In this document: positions 1-10,063 of the stretch, one piece after another | Layout of the letters: each line of letters opens with the position of its first letter | Position numbering within the stretch: position 1 is the stretch's first letter | Source: Synechococcus sp. UW140 | GTDB taxonomy: Bacteria > Pseudomonadota > Gammaproteobacteria > Burkholderiales > Burkholderiaceae_C | Direction: 5' to 3' | Assembly: GCA_943370375.1 (NCBI GenBank) | Contig: CALRQR020000012.1 | Span: 4,968 to 68,967 of the forward strand | Length of the DNA: 64,000 nucleotides | Translations under genes and position numbers: made by a program | The notes under the pieces: model-generated | The model's input: only the letters and a program-made list of their open reading frames with translations | What the model was told of the DNA's origin: nothing | Database searches by the model: none

Positions 1-1
1 T

Positions 2-1255
2 TCCGAGGCCGACCGCGAAGCAAAATACATCAAGCTGGCGGACGAGTCGGTCTGCATCGGCCCGGCGCCTTCCAAGGACAGCTACCTCAACATGCCGGCC
101 ATCATTTCGGCGGCAGAAGTCACGGACGCGGAAGCGATTCACCCCGGCTACGGTTTTTTGAGCGAAAACGCCGACTTTGCCGAGCGGGTGGAAAAAAGCG
201 GCTTCAAGTTCATCGGCCCTTCGCCCGAATCCATCCGCATCATGGGCGACAAGGTCTCGGCCAAGCAGACCATGATCAAGGCCGGCGTGCCCTGCGTGCC
301 CGGCTCCGAAGGCGCACTGCCTGACGACGCGGTCTTCATCAAGCGCACCGCCAAGCAGATCGGCTACCCCGTCATCATCAAGGCGGCGGGTGGCGGCGGC
401 GGGCGCGGCATGCGCGTGGTGCACACCGAGGCAGCCTTGCTGCACGCGGTGCAGACCACCAAGGCCGAAGCCGGTGCGGCTTTCGGCAACCCCGAGGTCT
501 ACATGGAGAAATTCCTGCAGAACCCGCGGCACATTGAAATCCAGATCCTGGCCGACCAGCACAAGAATGCGGTCTGGCTGGGCGAGCGCGACTGCTCCAT
601 GCAGCGGCGCCACCAGAAAGTCATTGAAGAAGCGCCGGCGCCGGGTATTCCGCGCAAGCTGATCGAGCGCATCGGCGAGCGTTGCGTCGCGGCCGTCAAA
701 AAGATCGGCTACCGCGGCGCGGGCACCTTTGAGTTTCTCTACGAAAACGGCGAGTTTTACTTCATCGAGATGAACACCCGCGTGCAGGTGGAGCATCCGG
801 TCACCGAGTGGATCACCGGCGTGGACATTGTTCGCACCCAGATCATGGTGGCGGCCGGCGAAAAATTGCCTTTTGCCCAACGCGACATCGAGCTCAAGGG
901 CCATTCCATCGAATGCCGCATCAACGCGGAAGACCCGTACAAGTTTGTCCCTTCGCCGGGCCGCATCACGACCTGGCACACGCCAGGCGGGCCGGGCGTG
1001 CGGGTGGACTCGCACATCTATGCCAACTACTTCGTGCCGCCCAACTACGACTCCATGATCGGCAAGATCATCGTGCACGGCGACACGCGCGAGCAGGCGC
1101 TGGCCCGCATGAGCACGGCCCTGGCCGAGACCGTGGTCGAAGGCATCAACACCAATATCCCGCTGCACCGCGAGCTGATGGTGGACGCGAAGTTCATGGA
1201 CGGCGGCACGAACATCCACTATCTGGAAGAGTGGCTCTCGAAGCGAGAGAGATAG
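2..1255 (+). CDS. accC: acetyl-CoA carboxylase biotin carboxylase subunit (5' end outside window)
   Basis: The frame is open from the window edge ([24 protein letters not shown]... before the listed Met at 92). ATP-grasp signatures [10 protein letters not shown] and [14 protein letters not shown] are present. Confidence 0.95.
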   Translation, partial: SEADREAKYIKLADESVCIGPAPSKDSYLNMPAIISAAEVTDAEAIHPGYGFLSENADFAERVEKSGFKFIGPSPESIRIMGDKVSAKQTMIKAGVPCVPGSEGALPDDAVFIKRTAKQIGYPVIIKAAGGGGGRGMRVVHTEAALLHAVQTTKAEAGAAFGNPEVYMEKFLQNPRHIEIQILADQHKNAVWLGERDCSMQRRHQKVIEEAPAPGIPRKLIERIGERCVAAVKKIGYRGAGTFEFLYENGEFYFIEMNTRVQVEHPVTEWITGVDIVRTQIMVAAGEKLPFAQRDIELKGHSIECRINAEDPYKFVPSPGRITTWHTPGGPGVRVDSHIYANYFVPPNYDSMIGKIIVHGDTREQALARMSTALAETVVEGINTNIPLHRELMVDAKFMDGGTNIHYLEEWLSKRER

Positions 1256-1286
1256 AGCCCCCACGGTGGATGTGGCCCCCACGGTC

Positions 1287-1358
1287 GCTCACTTCGTGTA
1301 GCTCCCTGCCCCCCGAGGGGGCCGCCCGCCCTGCGGCCCGGCAAAGCCGGTTCCGCGG
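1287..1358 (+). repeat. Type-2 intergenic repeat, copy A (~70 nt, two GC hairpins)
   Basis: GCTCACTTCGTGTAGCTCCCTGCCCCCCGAGGGGGCC...GCCCGGCAAAGCCGGTTCCGCGG aligns along its length with 36076-36145. Hairpins are CCCCCCGAGGGGG and CCGGCAAAGCCGG. Confidence 0.7.
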
Positions 1359-1418
1359 CTCATGCTTGAATGAATACCTGTGCTCCTTGGCGTAGAGCTT
1401 CCTGCGAGGTAATAAACC

Positions 1419-2309
1419 ATGTTTGAACTGATCCTGCTGGCTCCCGTCGACGAAGTCGAAACCCTGAGCGAAGCGCTGGACGCGCTGGATGCGCTCAGTG
1501 TGTCGGTGGAAGATGCCGACGCGCAGACGCCGGCTGAGCAGGCGCTGTTTGGCGAGCCGGACATGCCGCCGCCCAAGGCGGGCTGGGAGCGTTCGCGCAT
1601 CGTGTCGCTGTTTGCCACTGAAGCCCTGGCGCGTGATGCGGCCGGCGTGCTGTCGGCACAAGACTTTTTCGCGGGCTGCAGTGTGGTGGCCGTCCAGCCG
1701 GTGCCTGATCAGGATTGGGTGCGCCTGACGCAATCGCAGTTCTCGCCGGTCGACATCACCCCCGAATTCTGGATCGTGCCGACCTGGCATGAGCCGCCTG
1801 CCGAAGCCAAACAGCTGATTCGCCTGGACCCGGGCCTGGCGTTTGGTACGGGCACGCACCCGACGACGCGCATGTGCCTGCGCTGGATAGCAGGCCAGGG
1901 CAGTGCCGGCAAAAGCCTGGGCCGTGTCCTGGACTACGGCTGTGGCTCGGGCATTCTGGCCATAGGCGCGGCAAAGTTCGGCGCGCTGGACATCGACGCG
2001 GTTGACATTGACCCGGCGGCCGTTGAATCGACGCGCGCCAATGCCGAGGCGAACCATGTGGTGCTCAATGCCGGTCTGCCCGAAAAGGCTGGCGGCAAGT
2101 ACCAGACTGTTCTGGCCAATATCCTGGCCACGCCGCTGAAGGTGCTGGCACCGCTGCTGTGCGCGCATGTCGAAAAAGGCGGGCATCTGGTGCTGGCCGG
2201 CATTCTCGACCGCCAGGCCGAAGAACTCAAAGAGGCCTATGCGCCGTATTGCCAGCTCACGGTGCATGACACGCAAGAGGGCTGGATCCTGATGACCGCC
2301 AGCTTCTGA
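1419..2309 (+). CDS. prmA: ribosomal protein L11 methyltransferase
   Basis: 296 aa with SAM-binding DYGCGSGILAIGA and the typical PrmA N-terminus. It lies downstream of accC, as in many proteobacteria. Confidence 0.92.
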   Translation: MFELILLAPVDEVETLSEALDALDALSVSVEDADAQTPAEQALFGEPDMPPPKAGWERSRIVSLFATEALARDAAGVLSAQDFFAGCSVVAVQPVPDQDWVRLTQSQFSPVDITPEFWIVPTWHEPPAEAKQLIRLDPGLAFGTGTHPTTRMCLRWIAGQGSAGKSLGRVLDYGCGSGILAIGAAKFGALDIDAVDIDPAAVESTRANAEANHVVLNAGLPEKAGGKYQTVLANILATPLKVLAPLLCAHVEKGGHLVLAGILDRQAEELKEAYAPYCQLTVHDTQEGWILMTASF

Positions 2310-2382
2310 GCCGGCCCCTCCTGCGCGGGATGGCTCGCACAGACCGTCAACCGTGCTGCCGACCCCTACAATACAGCGCTAA

Positions 2383-3516
2383 ATGAGCCTGATTACGCGC
2401 TGCCCCGCATGCGGCACGATGTTCAAAGTCGTGACCGATCAACTCAAAGTCTCGCAGGGCTGGGTGCGATGCGGGCATTGCGCCGAAGTCTTTGATGCGT
2501 CGGCCCATCTGCTGCCTCGCGATATGTCGTCGCTGGCAATGTCATCGGCCCCGCTGGCCGATACCGAGCCGCAGCCGTTGCCGGAACCCGAAGTCCCTTC
2601 CGCCCGGCAAGCCACCGCCGATACGGAACCAGCAGATCTCCACCCCGATGACTGGGCGCCTGCCAGGTCATTTGCCGACAGGGCGCCTATGCGGCCGTCA
2701 AACGCCACACCCGTGGAGGCCCAGGACAGCGCTGCCGACTTTGACCCCGGGCGCTGGAAACGGGCGCAACAGGAACGCCAACTGGACCCGACGGAGCTGG
2801 ACGACGACTCGCTGCCTCCGGCGCTGCTGCCCCGGCCGCCGGCCGTGATGCGCCAGGCGATCGAGGACGATTCCAGCTTCGATTACTCGGATGTGGACTC
2901 CGGCATGCCGGACTCGCGGATGCCAGTTGAGCACGATGTTTCTTTTGTGCGGGACGCGCAGCGCAAGGCGTTCTGGAAGAAGCCGGCCACACGGTGGTCG
3001 CTGGCCTTGCTGTCCTTGCTGCTGCTGGCCGGCCTGGTGGTGCAATGGGGCGTGCAGCAAAGAGACACGCTCGCTGCGCTGGAGCCGCGCCTGGTGCCGG
3101 CGCTTCAGGCTATCTGCGGCCCGCTCCAATGCGACATACGCGCACCCCGCCATATCGAGTCACTGGTCATCGACAGCTCCACCTTCAACCGGCTCGGGCC
3201 CGACGCCTACCGGCTCAGCTTTACCCTCAAGAACACGGGTGTGGTGGCGCTGGAGATGCCGTCTCTGGAAGTGACCCTGACCGACACCCAGGACCAGGCC
3301 GTGGTGCGGCGCATTCTCACGCCGGCGCAGTTCGGCGCCAGAAGCGCCACGCTGGCCCCGCAGTCGGACCTGGCTGGCGTGGTCATCATGAGAGTCTCTG
3401 GCGATGCCGGTGCGCCGGCACCTGCCTCATCCTCTTCTTCCCCCGCTTCCCCCGCCACTGCGCCTGGCGGCCCCCTGCGGGTCGCGGGCTACCGCGTCCT
3501 GGCTTTTTATCCCTGA
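2383..3516 (+). CDS. zinc-ribbon (MJ0042-type) / DUF3426 family membrane protein
   Basis: N-terminal CPACGTMFKV...VRCGHC zinc ribbon, a Pro/Asp-rich linker, one TM segment (WSLALLSLLLLAGLVVQW) and a C-terminal beta-rich domain. Confidence 0.8.
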   Translation: MSLITRCPACGTMFKVVTDQLKVSQGWVRCGHCAEVFDASAHLLPRDMSSLAMSSAPLADTEPQPLPEPEVPSARQATADTEPADLHPDDWAPARSFADRAPMRPSNATPVEAQDSAADFDPGRWKRAQQERQLDPTELDDDSLPPALLPRPPAVMRQAIEDDSSFDYSDVDSGMPDSRMPVEHDVSFVRDAQRKAFWKKPATRWSLALLSLLLLAGLVVQWGVQQRDTLAALEPRLVPALQAICGPLQCDIRAPRHIESLVIDSSTFNRLGPDAYRLSFTLKNTGVVALEMPSLEVTLTDTQDQAVVRRILTPAQFGARSATLAPQSDLAGVVIMRVSGDAGAPAPASSSSSPASPATAPGGPLRVAGYRVLAFYP

Positions 3517-3536
3517 TTGAAACGAGAAAGAACCGA

Positions 3537-4439
3537 ATGTCTGCTGTTATCTGTGGCTCCCTGGCGTTTGACACCATCATGACTTTTGAGGGGCGCTTTT
3601 CCGAGCAGATCCTGCCCGACCAGCTGCACATCCTCAATGTGTCTTTCCTGGTGCCTGCCCTGCGCCGCGAATTCGGCGGTTGCGCCGGCAATATCGCCTA
3701 CAGCCTGCGCCAGCTCGGCGGCAAGCCGCTGCCCATGGCCACGGTCGGCACCGACGGCGCCGACTATGTGGAACGCATGAAAACCCTGGGTGTCAGCACG
3801 GAGTTCGTCCGCCAGGTGGGCGACACCTACACCGCGCAGGCCATGATCATGACCGACCGCGACAACAACCAGATCACGGCCTTTCACCCCGGCGCAATGA
3901 TGCAGGCCCACGTGACCCGCATTGAGGCGCGTAGCGACATCAAACTGGGCATCATTGCCCCCGATGGCCGCGACGCGATGCTGCAGCATGCCGAGCAGTT
4001 CAAGGCGGCCGGCATTCCCTTTGTGTTTGATCCGGGCCAGGGCCTGCCGATGTTTGACGGCAAGGAACTGGCGCATTTTGTCGAACTGGCGACCTGGGTG
4101 ACGGTCAATGACTACGAGGCCAAAATGCTTTGCGACCGCACGGGCATGTCCTGCGCTGAACTGTCGCGCAAGGTCGAAGGCCTCGTAGTGACACTGGGCG
4201 CCGAGGGCTGCGAAGTCTGGGTGGGCGGCGAAAAAACGCTGGTGCCGCCCGTCAAGGCCACAGAAGTGGTCGACCCGACCGGCTGTGGCGACGCCTTTCG
4301 TGGCGCGCTGCTGTTCGGCCTGGAGCAGGGCTGGTCGCTGGCGCGTTGTGCGGCGCTGGGCAACCGGGTGGGCGCGCTGAAGATCGCCACGCGAGGCGGA
4401 CAGAACTACACCCTGACTGCTGAACAAATCGCTGCCTAG
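3537..4439 (+). CDS. PfkB-family carbohydrate/nucleoside kinase
   Basis: I start at the in-frame ATG at 3537 (MSAVICGSLAFD...). The motif DPTGCGDAFRGALL is the ribokinase-family anion hole. The listed ORF from 2994 overlaps the previous gene and is treated as a false extension. Confidence 0.85.
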   Translation: MSAVICGSLAFDTIMTFEGRFSEQILPDQLHILNVSFLVPALRREFGGCAGNIAYSLRQLGGKPLPMATVGTDGADYVERMKTLGVSTEFVRQVGDTYTAQAMIMTDRDNNQITAFHPGAMMQAHVTRIEARSDIKLGIIAPDGRDAMLQHAEQFKAAGIPFVFDPGQGLPMFDGKELAHFVELATWVTVNDYEAKMLCDRTGMSCAELSRKVEGLVVTLGAEGCEVWVGGEKTLVPPVKATEVVDPTGCGDAFRGALLFGLEQGWSLARCAALGNRVGALKIATRGGQNYTLTAEQIAA

Positions 4440-4479
4440 CCCAATACCTATATTGGGTTGCTGCTATTAAATTAATAGC
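4436..4479 (-). repeat. Type-1 intergenic repeat, copy 1
   Basis: The reverse complement reads GCTATTAATTTAATAGCAGCAACCCAATATAGGTATTGGGCTAG. Its end overlaps the TAG stop of the kinase gene. It shares GCTATTAA-TT-ATAGC plus a ...TGGGCTAG module with seven other copies. Confidence 0.7.
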
Positions 4480-4505
4480 AAACGGCTGATATCCTGCTCG
4501 CGCCT

Positions 4506-4859
4506 TTACGGTGCCGGGCTGCCCGCTGCCTTCACCAACTCATCCCATGTGGCGTGGCTTGCCGCCGAGGCTTGCACGCGCAACTGCTTGCGCCTCGAAG
4601 TCTCCCCGCGCACCAGCGTGACCGCCTGTTGAGGTACGCCCAGGCAGCCTGCGAGCCATTTCATTAACGCCTGGTTGGCTTTGCCGTCCACCGGCGGCGC
4701 CTGCAGCCGCAGACGCAGTGCCATCTGGCCGGCTTCGCCATGCAGGCCCACGGGCTGCGTTTTGGCCGCATTGGGCACCACATGCACGTCCAGCAGCACA
4801 TCGCCGTTCTTTTCCAGCCGCATGAAGGGCAGATCGGGCAGCGCAGGGGATGTGTTCAT
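4506..4859 (-). CDS. DUF167 (YggU) family protein
   Basis: LDVHVVPNAAKTQPVGLHGE...LRLQAPPVDGKANQALMKWLA...RGETSRRKQLRV resembles YggU. The start is ambiguous: ATG at 4859 or 4823. The Met at 4910 abuts a terminator and is unlikely. Confidence 0.8.
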   Translation of the reverse strand: MNTSPALPDLPFMRLEKNGDVLLDVHVVPNAAKTQPVGLHGEAGQMALRLRLQAPPVDGKANQALMKWLAGCLGVPQQAVTLVRGETSRRKQLRVQASAASHATWDELVKAAGSPAP

Positions 4860-4911
4860 GACGGCAATAAGCGTGAGGGGGCAGGTGGGTTGTGAAAAGC
4901 GGACAGGCATG

Positions 4912-4942
4912 AAAAAAGCCCGACACCTTTCGATATCGGGCT
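4912..4942 (-). terminator. rho-independent terminator after the H1-like gene
   Basis: The minus strand reads AGCCCGATATCGAAAGGTGTCGGGCT followed by TTTTTT, directly downstream of the stop at 4965. Confidence 0.7.
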
Positions 4943-4964
4943 CTAAGCAGAAATACCTTACTGC

Positions 4965-5438
4965 TTACGGCTTGCTGGCTGTTGGAAACGGCCAGGCAGC
5001 TTGCGGGTTCAGAGTAGTCTGAGCCGCAGGGGCAGCCGCTGCAGCAGGTGCTTTCGCAGCTTTGGCAGCAGGTTTTTTCGCGGCTTTCTTCGCAGCGGGC
5101 TTTTTCGCTGCTTTCTTGGCGGCAGGCTTCTTCGCAGCGGCTTTCTTCGCCGCTGGTTTCTTCGCTACCTTTTTCGCGGCCTTCTTGGCTGCTGGCTTCT
5201 TAGCTGCGGCTTTCTTCGCCGCTGGCTTCTTGGCCGCTACCTTCTTGGCTGCTGGCTTTTTCGCTGGCGATTTTTTCGCAGCTGGCTTCTTAGCCGCTAC
5301 TTTTTTCGCTGGAGCTTTTTTAGCCGGAGCTTTTTTCGCTGCTGCTTTTTTCGCAGCTGGTTTCTTAGCCGCTACTTTTTTAGCAGGGGCTTTCTTTGGA
5401 GCAGCTTTTTTAGCCGCAGTTTTTTTCGCAGTTGCCAT
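4965..5438 (-). CDS. histone H1-like / AlgP-like Lys-Ala-rich nucleoid protein
   Basis: About 27 tandem (P/A)AAKK pentapeptides and a C-terminal [17 protein letters not shown]. The ATG at 5438 is preceded by AAGGAGAAAACT. The listed start at 5456 is a GTG inside that SD. Confidence 0.85.
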   Translation of the reverse strand: MATAKKTAAKKAAPKKAPAKKVAAKKPAAKKAAAKKAPAKKAPAKKVAAKKPAAKKSPAKKPAAKKVAAKKPAAKKAAAKKPAAKKAAKKVAKKPAAKKAAAKKPAAKKAAKKPAAKKAAKKPAAKAAKAPAAAAAPAAQTTLNPQAAWPFPTASKP

Positions 5439-5623
5439 AGTTTTCTCCTTGATCACGTTGCAAAGAGCACTTCACGGTTGGAGTACGTAAAGCGATTCAC
5501 GGCGTTGGGCCCCGGATAAACCGGTCCCAGCGCCGCGAACACAGGAGCAAAGCCCAACGCGCGCTCTTCGGCGCTGTCATTGGTCATTGCAATTCTTAAA
5601 ATCATTGTTCGGGCGTTTTTCAA

Positions 5624-6841
5624 TCAATCCCAGGAAAGCGCACCACCGGACTGGTACTCGATCACACGGGTTTCAAAGAAGTTGCGCTCTTTCTTCAGGT
5701 CGATCATTTCGCTCATCCACGGAAACGGATTCTCCTCGTTGGGGAAGAGAGTTTCAAGTCCGATCTGCGTGGCGCGGCGATTGGCAATGTAGCGGAGATA
5801 GCCTTTGAACATGGATGCATTGAGGCCGAGCACGCCGCGCGGCATGGTGTCTTCGGCGTAGCGGTATTCCAGTTCGACGGCTTTCATGAACAAGGCCTTG
5901 ATCTCGGCCTTGAACTCTGCGGTCCAGAGATGGGGGTTTTCCAGCTTCAGCTGGTTGATCAGGTCGATGCCGAAGTTGCAGTGCATCGACTCGTCGCGCA
6001 GGATGTATTGGTATTGCTCGGCAGCGCCGGTCATCTTGTTCTGGCGGCCCAGGGCAAGAATCTGCGTGAAGCCCACATAGAAGAACAGGCCCTCCATCAG
6101 GCAGGCAAACACGATCAGCGACTTGAGCAGGGTCTGGTCGGCTTCGGGCGTACCGGTCTTGAAGTGGGGGTTGGAGATGACTTCAATGAAGGGGATCAGG
6201 AACTGGTCCTTGTCCTTGATGGACTGGACTTCGTTGTAGGCGTTGAAGATCTCGGCTTCGTCCAGGCCCAGCGACTCAGTGATGTACTGATAGGCATGGG
6301 TGTGGATGGCCTCTTCGAAAGCCTGGCGCAACAGGAACTGGCGGCATTCGGGCGCCGTGATGTGGCGATAGGTGCCCAGCACGATGTTGTTGGCGGCCAG
6401 CGAATCGGCGGTCACGAAGAAACCCAGGTTGCGCTTGACCAGACGGCGCTCGTCTTCGGTCAGGCCGTTAGGGTCTTTCCAGAGCGCGATGTCGCGCGTC
6501 ATGTTCACTTCCTGCGGCATCCAGTGGTTGGCGCAGGTGGCGAGGTATTTTTCCCAGGCCCATTTGTATTTGAACGGCACCAGCTGGTTGACGTCGGTCT
6601 GGCCGTTGATGATGCGCTTGTCGGAGGCCTTGACGCGGTGCGCCTTGGCAGGTTCGGCGGCGATGGGGGCCGCAACTTGCGCAGGTGTGAACGCGCCGTC
6701 GTTGAGCATGCGCACTTGCGCTTGGGGTTGCTCGGCGGTGTTCAAAGAAAGAGGCGGAAGTTCCATCGAGCGGCCTTCGGGCGTGCCGCTGTTATGAGAT
6801 GTTTGCAACGATGGTTTGACTTCTTCGTCCCAGGTCAACAT
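5624..6841 (-). CDS. nrdB: ribonucleoside-diphosphate reductase beta subunit (class Ia, Pseudomonas-type long N-terminus)
   Basis: Di-iron ligand context [12 protein letters not shown] and [10 protein letters not shown]. The protein starts MLTWDEE at the ATG at 6841. Confidence 0.95.
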   Translation of the reverse strand: MLTWDEEVKPSLQTSHNSGTPEGRSMELPPLSLNTAEQPQAQVRMLNDGAFTPAQVAAPIAAEPAKAHRVKASDKRIINGQTDVNQLVPFKYKWAWEKYLATCANHWMPQEVNMTRDIALWKDPNGLTEDERRLVKRNLGFFVTADSLAANNIVLGTYRHITAPECRQFLLRQAFEEAIHTHAYQYITESLGLDEAEIFNAYNEVQSIKDKDQFLIPFIEVISNPHFKTGTPEADQTLLKSLIVFACLMEGLFFYVGFTQILALGRQNKMTGAAEQYQYILRDESMHCNFGIDLINQLKLENPHLWTAEFKAEIKALFMKAVELEYRYAEDTMPRGVLGLNASMFKGYLRYIANRRATQIGLETLFPNEENPFPWMSEMIDLKKERNFFETRVIEYQSGGALSWD

Positions 6842-6973
6842 AGAGGTTTCCAATACTTTGGGATTATGAAAGCAGCGATACAAAATGAAAAGTGTTCATT
6901 CACATCGCTACAAAATTGTGTTGCTCATATACATCGAATCGCGCGATCAAGTGAGCGCGCGACTCGATGATTT

Positions 6974-9883
6974 TTATTGGCAGGCCTCGCATCCCGGGTC
7001 ATCGATCGCGCAGAATTTGATGTCGGTCGCAGGCGTTGCGTTCATCTGCGCTTGCGCTGCGGCGGCTGCTGCTTCGAGTGCGCTCATGCCGCTGCTCGCA
7101 GTTGCCGTGCTCGATGACACCGAGTTCATCTTGCCCGCGGTCACGGTCGATTTCTCGGCGTGCGTCGCGCTCTGGGTGCGCAGGTAGTAGGTGGTCTTCA
7201 GGCCGCGCAGCCAAGCCAGCTTGTAGGTGTCGTCGAGCTTCTTGCCCGAGGCGCCCGCCATATAGATATTGAGGGACTGGGCCTGGTCGATCCATTTCTG
7301 GCGGCGCGCTGCAGCCTCCACCAGCCAGGAGGTTTCTACTTCAAACGCGGTGGCGTACAGCGCCTTGACGTCTTGCGGCACGCGGTCGATGGGGCGCAGC
7401 GATCCGTCAAAGTGCTTCAGGTCCACCACCATCACGTCGTCCCACAGATTCAAGCGCTTGAGGTCACGCACCAGGTAGTGGTTGATGACCGTGAATTCGC
7501 CGGACAGGTTGGACTTGACCGAGAGGTTGCCGAAGCAGGGCTCGATACAGGCGTCCACGCCGATGATGTTGGAGATGGTGGCCGTGGGGGCGATGGCGAC
7601 GCAGTTGGAGTTGCGCATGCCGTCCTTGGCGATCTTCTTGCGCAGGGCTTCCCAGTCCAGCGTGGCGGAACGGTCGACTTCCACATAACCACCGCGTTGC
7701 TCGGCCAGCATGTCCAGCGTGTCCAGGGGCAGGACGCCCTTGTCCCAGAGCGAACCCTTGTAGCTGGCGTACTTGCCGCGCTCTTTGGCCAGCTCGGTGG
7801 AGGCCCAGTAGGCGTGGTAGCAGACGGCTTCCATGGATTTGTCGGCGAACTCGACGGCTTCTTGCGAGGCGTAAGGCACGCGCAGCTCGTACAGGCAATC
7901 CTGGAAGCCCATGATGCCCAGGCCGACGGGGCGGTGGCGCATATTGGAGTCGCGGGCCTTCTTGACGGCGTAGTAGTTGATGTCGATCACGTTGTCCAGC
8001 ATGCGCATGGCCGTGGTGATGGTTTTCTTGAGTTTTTCGTGGTCGACTGCGCCGTCCTTCAAATGCTGGACGAGGTTGACCGAGCCGAGGTTGCAGACGG
8101 CGGTTTCGGTGTCGCTGGTGTTGAGCGTGATCTCGGTGCACAGGTTGGACGAGTGCACGACGCCGGTGTGCTGCTGCGGCGAGCGCACATTGCAGGCGTC
8201 CTTGAAGGTGATCCAGGGATGGCCGGTTTCAAACAGCATCGACAGCATCTTGCGCCACATGTCGGTGGCCTGCAGCTTGCGGGACGGCTTGATCTCGCCG
8301 CGCTCGGCCTTGGCTTCGTAAGCGGTGTAGATTTTCTCGAAGTCCTTGCCGAACTTGTCATGCAGGTCAGGTGTGTCGGACGGTGAGAACAGCGTCCAGG
8401 TGCCCTTTTCCATCACGCGGCGCATGAAGAGGTCGGGGATCCAGTTGGCAGTATTCATGTCGTGCGTGCGGCGGCGGTCGTCGCCGGTGTTCTTGCGCAG
8501 TTCCAGGAACTCTTCAATATCCAGGTGCCAGGTTTCCAGGTAGGCGCAGACGGCGCCCTTGCGCTTGCCGCCCTGGTTGACCGCCACGGCGGTGTCGTTG
8601 ACGACCTTCAGGAAAGGCACGACGCCTTGCGACTCGCCGTTGGTGCCCTTGATATGGGCGCCCAGGGCGCGCACGGGTGTCCAGTCATTGCCCAGGCCGC
8701 CGGCAAATTTGGACAGCAGGGCGTTCTCTTTGATGGCGTCGTAGATGCCGCCCAGGTCGTCGGCGACGGTCGTCAGGTAGCACGACGACAGCTGCGAGCG
8801 CAGCGTGCCGGCATTGAACAGGGTGGGCGTGCTCGACATGAAGTCGAAGGACGACAGGATTTCGTAGAACTCGATCGCGCGCTCTTCGCGGTTGATTTCA
8901 TTCAGCGACAGGCCCATCGCCACGCGCATGAAGAAAGCCTGTGGCAGCTCGATACGCTGCTTGCGCACGTGCAGGAAGTAGCGGTCAAACAGGGTCTGCA
9001 GACCGAGGTAGTCGAACTTCAGGTCGCGTTCGGGCTTGAGCGCTGCGCCCAGGCGGGCCAGATCGAACTGCTGCAGTTTTTCGTCGAGCAGTTCGTTTTG
9101 CACGCCCTTGGCGATGAACTGAGGGAAGTATTCGGCATAACGAATCGCCATGTCTGCCTGGTTGACTTCTTCGCCCAGCACTTCGCGGCGGATGGTGTGC
9201 ATCAAGAGGCGCGCGGTGGCGTAGGTGTAGTCAGGGTCTTTTTCGATCAGCGTGCGGGCGGCGAGGATGGACGCCTTGTAGACCTCGTCGATGGGAACGC
9301 CGTCGTAAAGGTTGCGCATGGTTTCCGCAACGATGGGGTCGGGTTTGACGTCGGCGCCCAGGTTGGCGCAAGACGCTTCAATCAGCGCCTGCAGGTTGCG
9401 CACGTCGAGCGCGACGCGGTTGCCGCGGTCGGTCACGTGGATCAGGGGCGCTGCGGGCGCCGTGGTTTGCGGCTGGCGTGCGCGCTCTTGCGTGCGCTTT
9501 TCGCGGTACAGCACGTAGGCTCGGGCAATCTCGTGGTGGCCGCCGCGCATCAGGCCCAGCTCGACCTGGTCTTGCACGTCTTCTATATGAAAGGTGCCGC
9601 CGCCCGGGCGCGAACGCATCAGGGCGCGGATGACCGCCTGGGTCAGGCCGTCAACCGTTTCGCGAACGCTGGCAGATGCCGCACCTTGGGTGCCGTGGAC
9701 GGCGAGGAAGGCCTTCATCATGGCCACGGCAATCTTGTTGGGCTCGAAGGGCACCACGCCGCCATTGCGGCGAATGATCTGGTAGTGGGCGAGGGGGTTG
9801 GATTGTGCGTTGGTGTCGCTTGCTGCGGGATTGCCTGCCAGAACGCCGGACGTTGCTGGCACCGCGTGTTGTGCTGTTTGCAT
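6974..9883 (-). CDS. nrdA: ribonucleoside-diphosphate reductase alpha subunit
   Basis: 969 aa with an N-terminal ATP-cone region, active-site NLCTEI and a C-terminal CEACQ redox tail. Confidence 0.96.
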   Translation of the reverse strand: MQTAQHAVPATSGVLAGNPAASDTNAQSNPLAHYQIIRRNGGVVPFEPNKIAVAMMKAFLAVHGTQGAASASVRETVDGLTQAVIRALMRSRPGGGTFHIEDVQDQVELGLMRGGHHEIARAYVLYREKRTQERARQPQTTAPAAPLIHVTDRGNRVALDVRNLQALIEASCANLGADVKPDPIVAETMRNLYDGVPIDEVYKASILAARTLIEKDPDYTYATARLLMHTIRREVLGEEVNQADMAIRYAEYFPQFIAKGVQNELLDEKLQQFDLARLGAALKPERDLKFDYLGLQTLFDRYFLHVRKQRIELPQAFFMRVAMGLSLNEINREERAIEFYEILSSFDFMSSTPTLFNAGTLRSQLSSCYLTTVADDLGGIYDAIKENALLSKFAGGLGNDWTPVRALGAHIKGTNGESQGVVPFLKVVNDTAVAVNQGGKRKGAVCAYLETWHLDIEEFLELRKNTGDDRRRTHDMNTANWIPDLFMRRVMEKGTWTLFSPSDTPDLHDKFGKDFEKIYTAYEAKAERGEIKPSRKLQATDMWRKMLSMLFETGHPWITFKDACNVRSPQQHTGVVHSSNLCTEITLNTSDTETAVCNLGSVNLVQHLKDGAVDHEKLKKTITTAMRMLDNVIDINYYAVKKARDSNMRHRPVGLGIMGFQDCLYELRVPYASQEAVEFADKSMEAVCYHAYWASTELAKERGKYASYKGSLWDKGVLPLDTLDMLAEQRGGYVEVDRSATLDWEALRKKIAKDGMRNSNCVAIAPTATISNIIGVDACIEPCFGNLSVKSNLSGEFTVINHYLVRDLKRLNLWDDVMVVDLKHFDGSLRPIDRVPQDVKALYATAFEVETSWLVEAAARRQKWIDQAQSLNIYMAGASGKKLDDTYKLAWLRGLKTTYYLRTQSATHAEKSTVTAGKMNSVSSSTATASSGMSALEAAAAAAQAQMNATPATDIKFCAIDDPGCEACQ

Positions 9884-10015
9884 GAGTTCCTCTTTGTTTT
9901 ATGACTGTCTGACGTGCTGTCCGGGGCATCCCTATTTGCCGGGGTTGTTCAAGTGCCATGAACGGTTCCCTGCGGCGCGAAGCCCGAATTACGTCAAAAC
10001 TGAATTAGGGCTTAG

Positions 10016-10031
10016 ACACTATACCTAGGGT
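10016..10031. promoter_or_regulatory. NrdR box 1 (promoter-proximal)
   Basis: ACACTATACCTAGGGT matches 13 of 16 positions of the remembered NrdR palindrome acaCwAtATaTwGtgt. It overlaps a minus-strand TATAGT -10 candidate at 10018-10023. Confidence 0.6.
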
Positions 10032-10047
10032 ATGGGGGGAATACAAG

Positions 10048-10063
10048 CCACTACAGGTAGTGT
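10048..10063. promoter_or_regulatory. NrdR box 2
   Basis: CCACTACAGGTAGTGT matches 12 of 16 positions. It is 32 bp centre-to-centre from box 1, about three helical turns, as is typical for tandem NrdR boxes. The -35 candidate TTGTAT (10041-10046) lies between the boxes with a 17-bp spacer. Confidence 0.55.

Noticed and set aside
1194-2276. 360-aa minus-strand ORF opposite prmA. Similar long antisense or out-of-frame ORFs include 3507-4427(-), 5930-6970(+), 7160-8386(+), 8462-9904(+), 15294-16499(-), 22621-24390(+), 28282-29508(+), 50345-51859(-), 51977-53065(-) and 57812-58996(-).
   Set aside because: Each lies fully inside a strongly recognisable gene on the other strand or in another frame. 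Their translations are Arg/Ala/Gly/His-rich with no motifs. Long stop-free shadows of this kind are expected in high-GC DNA.
2994-3536. N-terminal 181-aa extension of the PfkB kinase ORF.
   Set aside because: It overlaps the DUF3426 gene in another frame and has an Arg/Gly/Pro-rich composition. The kinase homology begins at the internal ATG at 3537.
5001-5519. Two plus-strand ORFs (172 aa and 142 aa) rich in F/R/L/G or A/F/G repeats.
   Set aside because: They are mirror images of the Lys/Ala repeat gene on the minus strand. That gene has a strong SD, a terminator and a recognisable product.
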